IMG/VR virus record: IMGVR_UViG_3300038386_000109
DNA: 64,000 nt
Reading direction: 5' to 3' (one strand)
Origin: a virus
The position numbers and the translations under genes are program-made. Position 1 is the stretch's first letter, and every line of letters starts with the position of its first letter. The notes beneath the pieces are model-generated. The model was given only the letters and a program-made list of their open reading frames with translations. It was not told the origin of the DNA and ran no database searches. Below are positions 18,041-28,664 of this stretch, one piece after another.

Positions 18041-21000
18041 TTATCGCGCAATCGGCAGGGGGTAGATGGGGAAGTCACCAGACATAACCGCCGTGTGCCC
18101 ACCGAGGGTCATAGAGGCTGGCGAGCCGTTGGTAATGGACGCAATGGTGGTCGCAGTCGTACCTCCAGTGATCGGCCATTTATCAGCGTTGCTTGCGCCA
18201 GCCGCCGGGAAGCCCTGCATGGTGTCGAGCGGGTTGTAGTACGTTGCAGTATCGCCGCCATATCCGTCACCGCGAGAGATATTGGTAACAGATGCCGATC
18301 CTGACGTGAAAGTTCCGAACGACACTTGATTCGTGATGATCGGCCCGCAATGACTGCAATACCACAATGTACCAGCGGCTGCTAAGGCCGCCGTTGTCAT
18401 GTGGTTTGTGGTCGTCGCCCAAGTATTTATATTGACTTCCATATTATTCATCTGCGTGGCTATAATATCCCAATTTCCACCATCGGCAGTCACCGCCGTC
18501 ACAATAGCCATTGTTGCAGTTGCAAAATGAGTGATGAAATCACCAGGGATGATTTCCAGCACGTCCTGGGTCCCGCCAGACAGAGTCATCGTAATAGTGT
18601 CACCGCTGATCGCAGGAGCAACTACGGCGCTGCTCGCATCAAAAACATTGCCTCCATTCCGGTGCAGAATACGGAACTCTCCATTAGGAGCGCCCCCTGA
18701 GAAGGCCTCAAAGCGCTGGGTTGCTTGCGTCATTTGCTGACGCGAGGTTCGCCACTGCATACTCTCGTTAAGATATTGCGCAGAAAAGGAACTATCCGTT
18801 GGATTAACGAGATAGCGACCATTGGTGCTCCCTATCCAGCGAATCTTGGATTGAACGTTAACATACGGTGCAGTTGGATCATGTAGCGGACACATAATGC
18901 CGCCCGAATGGTTAAACGCCCGCTGGAACGCGGCGTTTCCATTAGAGCCGATCATCCGATCATAATGGCCCTGCCATTCATTTGTTTTAATAATCAAATT
19001 GCCCGTAGTAGCGCCGGTCGTCATTGCCGCCATGGGGATGATACGGCTACCGGTATTAAATGCACAATCATCCAGTGTAAGCGTGACTCCACCCGGTAGT
19101 TCAAAAAATGCAACTGGAATTGATCCATGCAGGGCTTCGGCGGAATCCCACTGGAGCCCCTTGATGGTGATGGAATTCGTCACCGAACCTGAACCGGTTC
19201 CGAAGGAGCCAACACGGACTCCAACTTCGTTGTAAATGCTTTCAAAGGTCATTCCCGCTAGAGCACTCGGATTAAAATCAAATATCTGATAGACAGTTGT
19301 GACCATTAAATTCGAGACCTTTCCACCAAACAAGCCACCCTGCTGACCAAAGTGCTGGTTAGATAGAACGGCCCAACACGTATTGACATTGCAGTAAGAG
19401 ACTTCAACACCACGAGACTGTGTGTTGACTATAGCTATTGGAATTACATTGTAGTTAAAGTTGCAGTCCCTGACCTTGATGAAGTCACCGTTACCGTCAC
19501 CATTTGGCGAGCCGCAGATGCCGATGATTCCGCCGTAGAACTGGCAACCCTTAATCGTCACGTCAGACGTAGCAAGCTTACTATATTGGGTAGAGATTCC
19601 GGTCCACGAAGGATAGGTGACGGTTGGATACGGATTGGGCGGAGCAGCACCCTTATAGGCATCAACCGTGATAAAGGCGAGAGGTGAGTAACGTGTCAGT
19701 CCGCCGGGACCAGTTGCAAGTGATGGGTCAAGCCACGAGTTGATATTGGCAGGAAGATTGCTCGGATTTCCTGAAGCAATAATATTTGTACCAATCCAGT
19801 TGAGATTTTTGCCGTAAAAGAAAATATTTTCAATGCGGTTCAGACGACCACCCTGAATGTTAATGCAGGGCCGATCTGTGTTCAAAGGCGCCCATGCAAC
19901 ACCAGCCAAATTGCCGTCGAAGGATGCGTTACAACGTCCTACGAGAGAAATGGTGCGATAAGAATCACCGTAACCAACGTGAATTACATCGCCAATCTTT
20001 GCCATGGCTGGACAAGCCGGGATGGAAACTTCTGGATAACCATTCTGCATAGCCCAGTCGAGGGCTGCCTGAACGATTGGCTGCTGATCCGTTCCACCTG
20101 CTCCATTTGGCTGGTACCCCCACTGACCAAGATCAACCGGGTATCGGTCATAGATCGGTTCCCAATAATTACCGGTGCCATTTGGATGCACTTCGCCGTA
20201 AATGTTCGTCGGCGTGGACGTGCCACGCGAATACCAAAGGCGCGAACCGGCTGAACCACCAGATACATTCTGGACCAACACCCAATTCATCGCGGAGAAG
20301 TCGGCGGTGCTTGCGGCAAACAGCGCCTTATTTGAAAAGACCATGATGTCGCCAGCAACGCCACCCGAGCCACCGGTGGGAGGCGTAGCCCACGTCAAAT
20401 CGCCGCGAAGGAAGGTCGAAGTGGAGGCGCCGCTATTGGAGACACCGCCAAACGCGCCAGAGCTGTTGACCTGAAGCTGACCGCTCGAGCCGCCGGGGCT
20501 TCCACCCCCGCCACCGCCTGCCGGGGTCGCCCACGTACCGTCGCCGCGCCAGAAAGTAGTAGAAGACGCGCCAGTCCCGCTATTCAAGTTGCCGACAGGC
20601 AAGTTGCCGGTTACGCCGGTCGCGAGTGGCAGCCCCGTAGCGTTTGTTAGCACTAGGGCTGACGGGGTCCCCAAGTTCGGCGTGGTCAACGTCGGCGATG
20701 TCGCCAGAACGGCGCTCCCCGACCCAGTGGTGGAAATTCCCTGAATGTGTGTCGAGTCCGTCCACGCCGCGATTTGACCCGCAGTAGGCGTTCCAAAATT
20801 AGCAACATTGCCGCCGCCTGCCGGGGTTGACCACACGCCGTCACCGCGAAGGAACGTGCTGCTGGATGGGGTACCTGTGGGCGCGAGGGTTGCGAGGGCA
20901 CCGAACACCACGCCGCTCGTTTTCGTGATCGTGAGCGCGCCGGTAGACGTGTTCAGCGTGCCGTCGCCGTTGATAGCAGGAACACCGCCGAACGATCCGC

Positions 21001-21181
21001 TGATATTGACCTGTAGCTGGCCGTTTGATCCGCCCGGCGTGCCGCTGCCGCCGCCGCTCGTAATCGCATTGGCGAGCGCGGTGTCCGCCGCATTGAGAGC
21101 TGCGATCAGCTCCGCCTTGGTGATGGGGCCCGCCGATAGATTCGCCGCAAGTGCGACTGCAATATCAGAAGCTAAAGTCAT
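18041..21181 (-). CDS. Tail fibre/tailspike with pectate-lyase-like beta-helix
   Basis: 1046 aa; N-terminal repeats (GQLQVN.SG.FGGV x2; STF.RGD..W.TP x3); D...QPIVQAALD and N/G/I-rich beta-helix-like body; lower GC in the body. Confidence 0.7.
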   Translation of the reverse strand: MTLASDIAVALAANLSAGPITKAELIAALNAADTALANAITSGGGSGTPGGSNGQLQVNISGSFGGVPAINGDGTLNTSTGALTITKTSGVVFGALATLAPTGTPSSSTFLRGDGVWSTPAGGGNVANFGTPTAGQIAAWTDSTHIQGISTTGSGSAVLATSPTLTTPNLGTPSALVLTNATGLPLATGVTGNLPVGNLNSGTGASSTTFWRGDGTWATPAGGGGGGSPGGSSGQLQVNSSGAFGGVSNSGASTSTFLRGDLTWATPPTGGSGGVAGDIMVFSNKALFAASTADFSAMNWVLVQNVSGGSAGSRLWYSRGTSTPTNIYGEVHPNGTGNYWEPIYDRYPVDLGQWGYQPNGAGGTDQQPIVQAALDWAMQNGYPEVSIPACPAMAKIGDVIHVGYGDSYRTISLVGRCNASFDGNLAGVAWAPLNTDRPCINIQGGRLNRIENIFFYGKNLNWIGTNIIASGNPSNLPANINSWLDPSLATGPGGLTRYSPLAFITVDAYKGAAPPNPYPTVTYPSWTGISTQYSKLATSDVTIKGCQFYGGIIGICGSPNGDGNGDFIKVRDCNFNYNVIPIAIVNTQSRGVEVSYCNVNTCWAVLSNQHFGQQGGLFGGKVSNLMVTTVYQIFDFNPSALAGMTFESIYNEVGVRVGSFGTGSGSVTNSITIKGLQWDSAEALHGSIPVAFFELPGGVTLTLDDCAFNTGSRIIPMAAMTTGATTGNLIIKTNEWQGHYDRMIGSNGNAAFQRAFNHSGGIMCPLHDPTAPYVNVQSKIRWIGSTNGRYLVNPTDSSFSAQYLNESMQWRTSRQQMTQATQRFEAFSGGAPNGEFRILHRNGGNVFDASSAVVAPAISGDTITMTLSGGTQDVLEIIPGDFITHFATATMAIVTAVTADGGNWDIIATQMNNMEVNINTWATTTNHMTTAALAAAGTLWYCSHCGPIITNQVSFGTFTSGSASVTNISRGDGYGGDTATYYNPLDTMQGFPAAGASNADKWPITGGTTATTIASITNGSPASMTLGGHTAVMSGDFPIYPLPIAR

Positions 21182-21274
21182 CTCGGTTCACTCACGGGCT
21201 AGGATGGTCGTACTGACATCCCCCCGGATGATGACCTCAGAACCTTAGACCTCTGCGTTGGTGAACGCAAACAA

Positions 21275-21628
21275 TCACGGGTTCGGGCTCGGCAACACTC
21301 GGAATATTCCATCAGGACTATGAATAGTCTCGTCGGCGAGCACGATCTTTGCCTCGTGATATAAATCACCCGCAGGCAGAGATGCGGTATCATCTGGCGT
21401 CAAGTCCACCGAAACAACCGCATACTGAACCCCATTTTCGGTCCGCGTCGAAATCGGCAGGTTCGTTTTATATAAATATACGATGCTCGTGTACGCATCA
21501 CGGTAAACGCCCCAAGAACAGCTGGCGCCCGTAATGTCTGGCAGCGAGCCATCTAAATTATTCGGCATAGCCAAATCGAACCCGTACGTGTCGCCACGCT
21601 TACAGAACAAATTAGGGGTTACCGTCAT
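21275..21628 (-). CDS. Fibre-attachment/BppU-like small protein
   Basis: KRGDTYGFDL...DITGA...VDLTPDDTASLPAGDLYHEAKI. Confidence 0.55.
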   Translation of the reverse strand: MTVTPNLFCKRGDTYGFDLAMPNNLDGSLPDITGASCSWGVYRDAYTSIVYLYKTNLPISTRTENGVQYAVVSVDLTPDDTASLPAGDLYHEAKIVLADETIHSPDGIFRVLPSPNP

Positions 21629-21641
21629 CGAACCAAGCCTT

Positions 21642-24569
21642 TCAACGGTTGGGCGGGAACCAGCGGGTTGTCCCTACTATCATAGGCCGAGCACCCCGTC
21701 CCTGATACTGCGAAATATCCATATAAAAATCTGGTCCAAAATCGGAGCCAAAATCTGGAGGACCATTTAGCGTTTGCGCCATCAGGATGGGCCGCACGCG
21801 AGATGCCCCCTGCAATTCCGGCCGAACCCAGCCAGTCGAAAATATCACTGGCCGCGCGACTGGGGTAGCGTACAATTCCGGCCGGTCTGGAGCTACGGCA
21901 AACAGAGTAGCGCTAGGACCAATCCGAAGATGTGGGGCACTGATCTGTGGGACAACAATGCCGGTCGAATAAATAATAGATGTCGCTATTAAACCTACAG
22001 GAATAACAGCGATGATCGAGCCGGCACTGAAAAGCACGCTGTCGCCGATCAGCCCTGGCGTGATGTACGCGACTAGCGGCGCTGCCTCATCGACTATTCC
22101 GAGACCTGTAAACTGCGCGGTGGTTATCTGACCGGCAATCCCGCCAGCGAGCTGAGCGACGGCCACCCCGGAGAGAACAACAGCCTCCATCGGCGCTACA
22201 GCGCCAGCGGTAAAACCCTCTGAGGCGGCCAAGGCCTTGGCTATCGTTCCAGTAAAGACTGAGAGATCACCCGCAGTCGCAGACGTTGCCGCACTAGGAT
22301 CGGAGACAGCGGCAGCCAACGCCGGAGCGCCGGCAGTAGCGGCCATACCGGCGCCGGAGATGATTATTGCGTCGGTTCCGGTGGTGGTTACCTGACCGGC
22401 TTGGTGCAAAATATCAGCACCAACAATGCCTAGCGAAACGGTTGGCCCAAGCAGCCCGGCTGTCTCAGCTACTCCAGCCCCCAGTAGCGCTTGGGTCAAG
22501 GTCGTGGCGAGCGCAGCCGCCGCATACACGCCCGAGACACCAGCGAACAACGGCTCGCCGGCTACTGCTAGCGCCCCGGCCAATTCGAATAGGTCGGCAC
22601 CAGAAATACCGAGGGAAACCACAGGTCCAGAAACTGACCCCGCCTGTTCGGAGACCGCTCCTCCATTGAGCGAGAGAGTAATCTGATCGGTCAGCAACCC
22701 GGCCGAATCACCAATTACGGCTGAAGCGAGTGTGTAAGCTAGAACAAAGCCGAATGAGCCGGCTTGTTCGACAACTGATGCCCCGTCGATCGATGGAACC
22801 GGGGCGGCGACAATCGTCCCGGCGGACCCTGCGACCACATCCCCCGACAATGTAAACGCAATCTGGTCTGTAATGGCGCCAGCAGAACCGGCGACCAACG
22901 CGCCAGTAACGACCGGGGCAACGGCGGCGACCACAGTACCAGCCGACCCGGCGACTACGCCGCTCGGCAAAGACAGACTAAGTGTCTCAGCGATCGAGCT
23001 AGCCGTCTCGGCGATTGAAATCCCAGAAATAGCGGGAACGTCAGCGGCAATCGCCGACCCCGCCGATCCGGTCATGATGGCGCTCGGCAGGGCGACGCCA
23101 AGCGCGATTGCAACAGCGCCGGCCGTCTCAGAAATCACGTCACCGGCGATGACTGGCTGCACGGGCGCGGTTAGCGCCCCCGTCACATAAGCGTCGGCCG
23201 CGCCCGTAATCGTCGGGCTAATCGTTATCGAAAGCACAGAAGTCGAGTCGGCAACTGTTGCCCCAGCAATCGCTGGAGCTGGTTGCGCGACGACGCTACC
23301 AGCGGCATCGGCGAGCAAAGCGGACGGCAGCGTATAGGCTATCGTGAAGCCAAACGCGCCAGCCGTGTCAGTTATTGAAGCTCCGGCAATAGAGGGAACA
23401 GCCGCCGCCCCGACAGCTCCGGCCGCATCAGCGACTAGGGCCGTCGCCAAGGTGAAGGAAGCCGTAAAGCTGAATATGCCAGCGACATCAGCAACGGTCG
23501 CACCAACGATTGTAGGTACCGCAGGTGCGGTTACTCCACCGGCTGTATAAGCGTCCGCTGCGCCTGCGAGGGTGGTCTTTACCGTTGGCCCCAGCGCAGA
23601 TGTCGCCTCTGCAACCAGAGCACTTGAAATACTTGGGTTAACAGCAGCAACGACAGTCCCCGCACCATACGACGAAGACGCGCCCGTCAAACTGACGGTT
23701 ACCGGTGTATTGTCGTCGATTGTTGAAACATCTGGCCGATTAAGTGCGGTCGGAGAGATGCTGTAAGTCGTGCCGCCCGTCAGCCCACTAAAGGTTTGGG
23801 TCGACGAGTCGTCGTAGGTGCAGGTCAGCGCGGTCGCCGCCGCCGCGAGGGTGAAGCTATCGGTGTCGCCGCTCTCGATCCGCAGGCCGAGCACACCGAA
23901 CGGCGATACAGAGCTGTGATCTATACGCTCGCCGAACTGAGGCTTCGATGTAGTCTTAACGTATGGGCACGTGGTCCTACTGAGAACAAGACCAACAGAA
24001 GCCTCTGAGAGGTAGAAACCCTTGACGCCGTCACCGGAACCAGAGTCGGCAACATAGCCGTACCAATTTCCACCACCAGAATTGTAAGGAATGCGAGCAA
24101 CGCAGCGCCACCATCCACTCCCCAAGGACGTGGACGACAGATTGTCAGCGCTACCTACTGCCGCAATCGCACCTGTGCTGGTATTGATAGTGAATCCTTG
24201 TCCAGCACCATCCTGAACCAAAAAGCTAGTAAACCCCGACCCTTTAATTGTTACTCCCAGAATAAAGTGATCGCTGCTGCGACCGGTCAGCGAATAGCCT
24301 TGGGCAATAGCATTGCCTGCGCCATTGGTACCGCCATTCGGGGGCACCCATAACGTCGCCTCTGTACCGTTGGGGGTGGTTGTCGAATTTTGAGTAGCGG
24401 TGCCCTGGTAACCCCAGTTACCCGAGCCAACTGCTTCACTGTCTTTGATAAAATTGTTGTCTGGATATTCAGTGGTCCCGGTTGCGTCCGTATATGTTGC
24501 CGGGGAAGACCTAGCATGGGCCCATGCAGTTGGGCGAAGTCCCGAACTTGCGTCGAGAATACGCGCCAT
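21642..24569 (-). CDS. Ala/Gly-rich repeat fibre protein with N-terminal spike/CBM-like domain
   Basis: 975 aa; ARSSPATYTD...NF....GWWRC N-terminal domain, then many imperfect ~19-20-aa A/G/V/S repeats. Confidence 0.6.
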   Translation of the reverse strand: MARILDASSGLRPTAWAHARSSPATYTDATGTTEYPDNNFIKDSEAVGSGNWGYQGTATQNSTTTPNGTEATLWVPPNGGTNGAGNAIAQGYSLTGRSSDHFILGVTIKGSGFTSFLVQDGAGQGFTINTSTGAIAAVGSADNLSSTSLGSGWWRCVARIPYNSGGGNWYGYVADSGSGDGVKGFYLSEASVGLVLSRTTCPYVKTTSKPQFGERIDHSSVSPFGVLGLRIESGDTDSFTLAAAATALTCTYDDSSTQTFSGLTGGTTYSISPTALNRPDVSTIDDNTPVTVSLTGASSSYGAGTVVAAVNPSISSALVAEATSALGPTVKTTLAGAADAYTAGGVTAPAVPTIVGATVADVAGIFSFTASFTLATALVADAAGAVGAAAVPSIAGASITDTAGAFGFTIAYTLPSALLADAAGSVVAQPAPAIAGATVADSTSVLSITISPTITGAADAYVTGALTAPVQPVIAGDVISETAGAVAIALGVALPSAIMTGSAGSAIAADVPAISGISIAETASSIAETLSLSLPSGVVAGSAGTVVAAVAPVVTGALVAGSAGAITDQIAFTLSGDVVAGSAGTIVAAPVPSIDGASVVEQAGSFGFVLAYTLASAVIGDSAGLLTDQITLSLNGGAVSEQAGSVSGPVVSLGISGADLFELAGALAVAGEPLFAGVSGVYAAAALATTLTQALLGAGVAETAGLLGPTVSLGIVGADILHQAGQVTTTGTDAIIISGAGMAATAGAPALAAAVSDPSAATSATAGDLSVFTGTIAKALAASEGFTAGAVAPMEAVVLSGVAVAQLAGGIAGQITTAQFTGLGIVDEAAPLVAYITPGLIGDSVLFSAGSIIAVIPVGLIATSIIYSTGIVVPQISAPHLRIGPSATLFAVAPDRPELYATPVARPVIFSTGWVRPELQGASRVRPILMAQTLNGPPDFGSDFGPDFYMDISQYQGRGARPMIVGTTRWFPPNR

Positions 24570-24619
24570 ATCGGCAGCCTTGTTCTTCTACGACGGCAGT
24601 GACTTCGAGCGTTGCGCGT

Positions 24620-25102
24620 TCAGTTGAACCGCAAGATAGCCGTCGCTAGTGCTGCCGTCGGGAACACGATCGACAACGTACCACTGGTGACGGTTTGCGT
24701 ACCGCCAAAGTCGTGCACCGAGATGGCTCGATTGGTGGTGCTGTTCTTGGATGATGAATTGATCAGAACCAGCGCGGTTACCGATATGGTAGCCGAGGTC
24801 AGAGAATAGCCGGCGAAGTCCGCATAGGCGCCGGTACCTGTGATCGTCACACCATTGTTGGTGAGGGTGTTGCCGCCCGACGTGTAGCCCGTCCCCGAGG
24901 CTTCGTCCGTGCCAATATTAGTGGCCGATGGCGTGCCTGTGCCGGGCGTACCACCATTAGTCTGCGTGTAGTCGAAGGTGCGGGCCGGGCTTACCTTGAT
25001 CAACACCGCCTTGATGGTGTCGCCGCCGGACGAACTTAGATTGTGGCCGGTACCGTTGTAGCCTTCACCCTTGAAGGATGCGCAAATGCCTGTAGTCGCC
25101 AT
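24620..25102 (-). CDS. Virion structural protein (fibre-associated)
   Basis: MATTGICASFKGE...HNL...DTIKAVL...VHDFGGTQTVTSGTLSIVFP; type commonly found next to repeat-rich fibres. Confidence 0.6.
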   Translation of the reverse strand: MATTGICASFKGEGYNGTGHNLSSSGGDTIKAVLIKVSPARTFDYTQTNGGTPGTGTPSATNIGTDEASGTGYTSGGNTLTNNGVTITGTGAYADFAGYSLTSATISVTALVLINSSSKNSTTNRAISVHDFGGTQTVTSGTLSIVFPTAALATAILRFN

Positions 25103-25131
25103 GGGTGGTGATCCTTATTTTGGAAAGGCGC

Positions 25132-25671
25132 TCACGCGGTGCCTTGGGGCGCTTGACCAACCCCGTTACCTCCGGGTGCGATCTGCTGTTGCGCTTGCGG
25201 CAGATGCTCACCGAACACCTTGCCGCCCAGGTCTCGATGCCAGCCGCGCTCAATGTGCATGATGTGGTTCATGTGCGAACGCAAAATGCGCCGCACGACA
25301 TCAGCCGCCTCACCTTCGGAGAAATGATTGCCGAGCACTGGATACTTTGATGCGGCATCTGAGACGGCCTGGCACGCTGCCTCGAGCGTCTCGGGGTGGT
25401 GATCGTCAACGACTTCGGACTGGTCGTAACGAGCAACGCCATGCGTCTTGAGGGCGCCGCGCTCTTTCCCAATACAATCGTCGTGGTGGCCAGTAAGCGT
25501 ATCGATCAGGTCTTCTCGAAAACGACGCTTGGCTCGGCGGGCCTCAGTGGCCTGCGGGCTGTCGGCCCGATCATCAATATCGATTAGAGCAACAATTTGG
25601 TCAGCCGAAACCTCAGCCCATTTGTCAGCGGGGTGCGGACCGCCATTCGTAATCAGGACGCCGGCTTGCAT
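25132..25671 (-). CDS. Hypothetical protein
   Basis: 179-aa ORF with GGAG RBS in operon orientation. Confidence 0.55.
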   Translation of the reverse strand: MQAGVLITNGGPHPADKWAEVSADQIVALIDIDDRADSPQATEARRAKRRFREDLIDTLTGHHDDCIGKERGALKTHGVARYDQSEVVDDHHPETLEAACQAVSDAASKYPVLGNHFSEGEAADVVRRILRSHMNHIMHIERGWHRDLGGKVFGEHLPQAQQQIAPGGNGVGQAPQGTA

Positions 25672-25772
25672 GGGGGAGGTCTCCGTATTGCCGAACCATT
25701 ACCTTCCCCCGGATATGAAGGCAGGCCGCCATGCGAAGACGGCCTGCGCAATCAGTATAACCCGACCAACGA

Positions 25773-26273
25773 CTAACGTCGAGCAATTACCTCGGCGCGC
25801 GCAGTGTGGTCGGTCTTGTGCCGCTCATAAGCCTGCGCTTCCTCGCGCATCCCTGGGCGAAATTCGCGATTCTCTTCCGCGATCTGCTCCCGAGCGCGTC
25901 GGTTTGGATCGAATGCGACCTGCGCCTGAGGCGGGGTGAAGACGCGCCGCGAATTGCGGGTGTCGACGATGTCCATGCCGCCATACAAACGGTGGCCGAT
26001 CTTTTCAGGATCGTAACTGGACAACTGCTCCTCGAGCGCCTCGTCCTGCATTTCCTTGGCGCGATCATTGTGCGCCTCGATATCGGCGAGCTGCTCTTCC
26101 TCAGACCGTGGGTCTTCCTCGTCGGAATATTCCAGCTCGCCCTTGCTGCCGCCCTTGGCGGACTGGGCTCGCTCACGGTTTGCTTTTTCGCGCTCAGCTT
26201 GATCGCGCTGAGCCTGTTCGCGCTGAGCCGCTTCGCGGCGGCGGGCTTCTTCCTGATTGTTGGCTTCGGCCAT
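25773..26273 (-). CDS. Charged coiled-coil hypothetical protein
   Basis: Start at MAEANNQEE; E/R/Q/A-rich. Confidence 0.55.
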   Translation of the reverse strand: MAEANNQEEARRREAAQREQAQRDQAEREKANRERAQSAKGGSKGELEYSDEEDPRSEEEQLADIEAHNDRAKEMQDEALEEQLSSYDPEKIGHRLYGGMDIVDTRNSRRVFTPPQAQVAFDPNRRAREQIAEENREFRPGMREEAQAYERHKTDHTARAEVIARR

Positions 26274-26349
26274 GGGTTCACTCCTAGTCAAAGTTTCCCC
26301 CGGGCGTTCCGCTCAAGTGTAGAGCAAAAGCCCTCCACGTCAAAGCGGG

Positions 26350-26571
26350 TCAATGCGGCAGACTTAAAATGATGATGTGTCTGCCGATGTCTTTCAGCTG
26401 AATTTTGTAAACGACATTCTTACCGACGTCAGTCGCTGCCGGAAAATACCCGGCTACTTGGTACTGGCCGATATTCGTATAAAAATCTGGACCCAAATCG
26501 GCGGCGAAGTCAGGAGGATAGTTCGGCACCCACCCTAGCTTCTGCGCTAATTTATTGAGCACTGATCGCAT
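26350..26571 (-). CDS. Hypothetical protein with PPDF..D.GPDFY motif
   Basis: Motif shared with the C-terminus of 21642-24569. Confidence 0.45.
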   Translation of the reverse strand: MRSVLNKLAQKLGWVPNYPPDFAADLGPDFYTNIGQYQVAGYFPAATDVGKNVVYKIQLKDIGRHIIILSLPH

Positions 26572-26766
26572 TTATTTCGACGCTTCTTCTCTATCATAGT
26601 CATCAAGCCACTTCTTAAGGTCGGCGTCCGATACCGAGTCCTTGTTCGACTTCCCAGCCTTACGCAAGGCAGCGGCGATCGCTTGTTCCCGTGGATGGCC
26701 AGCCTCGATCATTTCACGGATGTTCGCCGAAATCACGGCCTGACTGGAACCGGATTTTAATGGCAT
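26572..26766 (-). CDS. Small conserved phage protein
   Basis: [34 protein letters not shown], a widely seen phage head-region peptide. Confidence 0.7.
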   Translation of the reverse strand: MPLKSGSSQAVISANIREMIEAGHPREQAIAAALRKAGKSNKDSVSDADLKKWLDDYDREEASK

Positions 26767-26792
26767 GGTCAGCCTCTCGTTTTTAAGGAGTG

Positions 26793-26817
26793 CCCGGCGG
26801 GTGACACGCCCGCCGGG
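26793..26817. other. GC-rich hairpin (possible terminator or RNA processing site)
   Basis: CCCGGCGGG-TGACACG-CCCGCCGGG inverted repeat in an intergenic gap. Confidence 0.4.
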
Positions 26818-26846
26818 TGTTCACCCACCCCCTGCCACGGCCAAAC

Positions 26847-27026
26847 TCAGGAACCGGGCAAGCCGTAAATTCTTTCGCGCTCAGCCTTCTGTCTGGCCTC
26901 ACGCCGTTTTCGCGCCTCTTCCTTAAACTCGTCGTTCTGTTGCGAGATATAATTCGAGAGGCGATAGCCGGTCTCCTCGCTAGTAGACCGTCGGCGGCGA
27001 TCCTCAAGGCGCTTGGCGAAGCTCAT
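26847..27026 (-). CDS. Hypothetical 59-aa protein (below ORF-track cutoff)
   Basis: Hand translation MSFAKRLEDRRRRSTSEETGYRLSNYISQQNDEFKEEARKRREARQKAERERIYGLPGS; ATGA overlap with upstream gene. Confidence 0.5.
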   Translation of the reverse strand: MSFAKRLEDRRRRSTSEETGYRLSNYISQQNDEFKEEARKRREARQKAERERIYGLPGS

Positions 27027-27232
27027 CGCCCGTGATGCCTTCCACCACCGCTCAGATGTTCCGTCTTCTCGCCCGGCTTGGCAACTATCTGATAGCCGGA
27101 GGCATCGAGGTCTTCCTGCAGCCGCTTGGATATTGCCGGCAGGTACGGCCGCACCTCACCTTCGAAAAAACTCGACTGCTCGCGGACCATTTGATCGATG
27201 GATGATTGAATAATGTCGTCGACAGTTCGCAT
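27023..27232 (-). CDS. Hypothetical protein
   Basis: 69 aa, starts just after the pentamer mini-array. Confidence 0.5.
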   Translation of the reverse strand: MRTVDDIIQSSIDQMVREQSSFFEGEVRPYLPAISKRLQEDLDASGYQIVAKPGEKTEHLSGGGRHHGR

Positions 27233-27237
27233 CGGAT

Positions 27238-27308
27238 TATCCTCGCCTCGCCTTGCCTGCGCCTTGCGCAGCCGAGCCCGACCCAGCCATGCAGTGGACA
27301 GCCATACC
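27238..27308 (-). repeat. Orphan GGY-NN pentamer mini-array (putative guide ncRNA)
   Basis: Minus strand reads GGTAT GGCTG TCCAC TGCAT GGCTG GGTCG GGCTC GGCTG CGCAA GGCGC(A) GGCAA GGCGA GGCGA GGATA: 14 units, one atypical, one 1-nt insertion. Confidence 0.65.
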
Positions 27309-27604
27309 TTGTCGTACGCAGATTACTGCGGCTTCAGCCATCGCGCCAGCATCATCGTGATATGCCGATCCTGCTGGGCGCGCCAAGGGGCTGGATGCTC
27401 GCGGTCTTGATGGAATTGCAGGGTCAGCATTGCGATCCACGAGGTCGAGGACTTTAGTCTTGCATCCCAGCTGGCCCTGCCGCGCATCGATTCGCTCTCC
27501 CTAGACGGAAAATCCTTCTACCGCGCCAACTGTATCGTGGAAAGTCCCTCTATAGCCGGACCTGCGACCCTCAAAATAAATACGAATATTCCCCTGGAAT
27601 AAAA

Positions 27605-27633
27605 TTGACGTTTCGTCACACAACTCCTATTTT
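27605..27633 (+). promoter_or_regulatory. Sigma70-type promoter with overlapping palindromic operator
   Basis: TTGACG-17 nt-TATTTT; TGACG-TTT-CGTCA palindrome at 27606-27618. Confidence 0.65.
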
Positions 27634-27672
27634 AATGGAGCCGGGATGAACCGGTTAGACCTTGGGAAAGAA

Positions 27673-27885
27673 ATGAGCACTCAGACACAAATGGACGCCT
27701 TCACAGCGGCAATGATCGCGGACGGCGAATTCGAGATGGTCGGCGTCGACCCCGAAGACGAGGAGACGATCCTCGCCGGTTGGCAGTACCTCGTCGATAC
27801 CGGCATGGCGTGGACCCTTCAGGGCCGGATCGGCCGACAGGCCCGCCGCATGATCGAGGCAGGTCTGCTCCGAGAGGCGGCGTAG
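27673..27885 (+). CDS. Hypothetical early protein
   Basis: Start MSTQTQMDAF after GACCTTGGGA leader. Confidence 0.6.
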   Translation: MSTQTQMDAFTAAMIADGEFEMVGVDPEDEETILAGWQYLVDTGMAWTLQGRIGRQARRMIEAGLLREAA

Positions 27886-27888
27886 GCC

Positions 27889-28368
27889 ATGACCCTGCTA
27901 GAGAATGTCGAACACGGAAATCGAACGCCTCGGCAGGCAATGCGAGACGGCAGAGGCCTTCCAGCTCGCTTGGAAAAACCAGGATTGGTGGACCGACGCA
28001 AGCATGAACAGGAGCGTATGATGGGCACCTTCACCATCCACTTCCGCCGCGCCGGATCGAATCACACAGAGCAGGCTCGGGTCAGCTTCGCCAAGACCCG
28101 CGCTGAGGCCGAGGACTTCGTGCGCTCGACCTTCGGCCAGCTCGAAGTTCTCCCGCCGAGAACTGGCCGCCACGCACGGCGGCGGCCGCCGGTCAACGCC
28201 GAGCCACCGGCTACGTACTCGATCGAGGTGCCGTTCCCCGGTGACCACGCACCCTACAAGATAGTCCGCACCGATGGCGCGGGCAGGAAACGCATCGTCG
28301 ATTCGGCGATGACCAGAGAGGTTGCGCGCGAGTACCTGAAGAGCGCGCGAGAACGGAGGCTGAAGTGA
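27889..28368 (+). CDS. Hypothetical protein
   Basis: 159 aa, in operon. Confidence 0.5.
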   Translation: MTLLENVEHGNRTPRQAMRDGRGLPARLEKPGLVDRRKHEQERMMGTFTIHFRRAGSNHTEQARVSFAKTRAEAEDFVRSTFGQLEVLPPRTGRHARRRPPVNAEPPATYSIEVPFPGDHAPYKIVRTDGAGRKRIVDSAMTREVAREYLKSARERRLK

Positions 28369-28664
28369 ATACCCTGGAAAAATTGCAGGAGCACCTACTC
28401 AACCGCACGCACCTAAACAACTCGCCGCCCGTGATTTGCAAGAGCGGCCTCACGATGTCGGTACAGGCCAGCGAGACGCACTATTGCTCGCCCAAGAACA
28501 ATGTCGGCCCCTACTCGCGCGTCGAAGTCGGCTTCCCCAGCCGCCGCGTGATGGCGCTAATGCCTTACCGGGATTGGGCACCGGGCCGCCCTGCCAGAAT
28601 ATTCTCGTACGTACCCGTAACGGTCGTCGCGACCGTGATCGAGAAAAATGGAGGCTTCGCATGA
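28365..28664 (+). CDS. Conserved phage hypothetical protein
   Basis: CKSGLTMSVQASETHYCSP...VEVGFPS motif. Confidence 0.65.
   Translation: MNTLEKLQEHLLNRTHLNNSPPVICKSGLTMSVQASETHYCSPKNNVGPYSRVEVGFPSRRVMALMPYRDWAPGRPARIFSYVPVTVVATVIEKNGGFA

Noticed and set aside
21642-24569. Diversity-generating retroelement target in the fibre genes
   Set aside because: No reverse transcriptase or template/variable repeat pair seen
26820-26850. Further pentamer array (minus strand GGCCG TGGCA GGGGG...)
   Set aside because: The phase breaks after 2-3 units
27237-27440. 67-aa ORF covering mini-array #1
   Set aside because: No convincing RBS; the Ala/Gly/Arg tail is just the translated array
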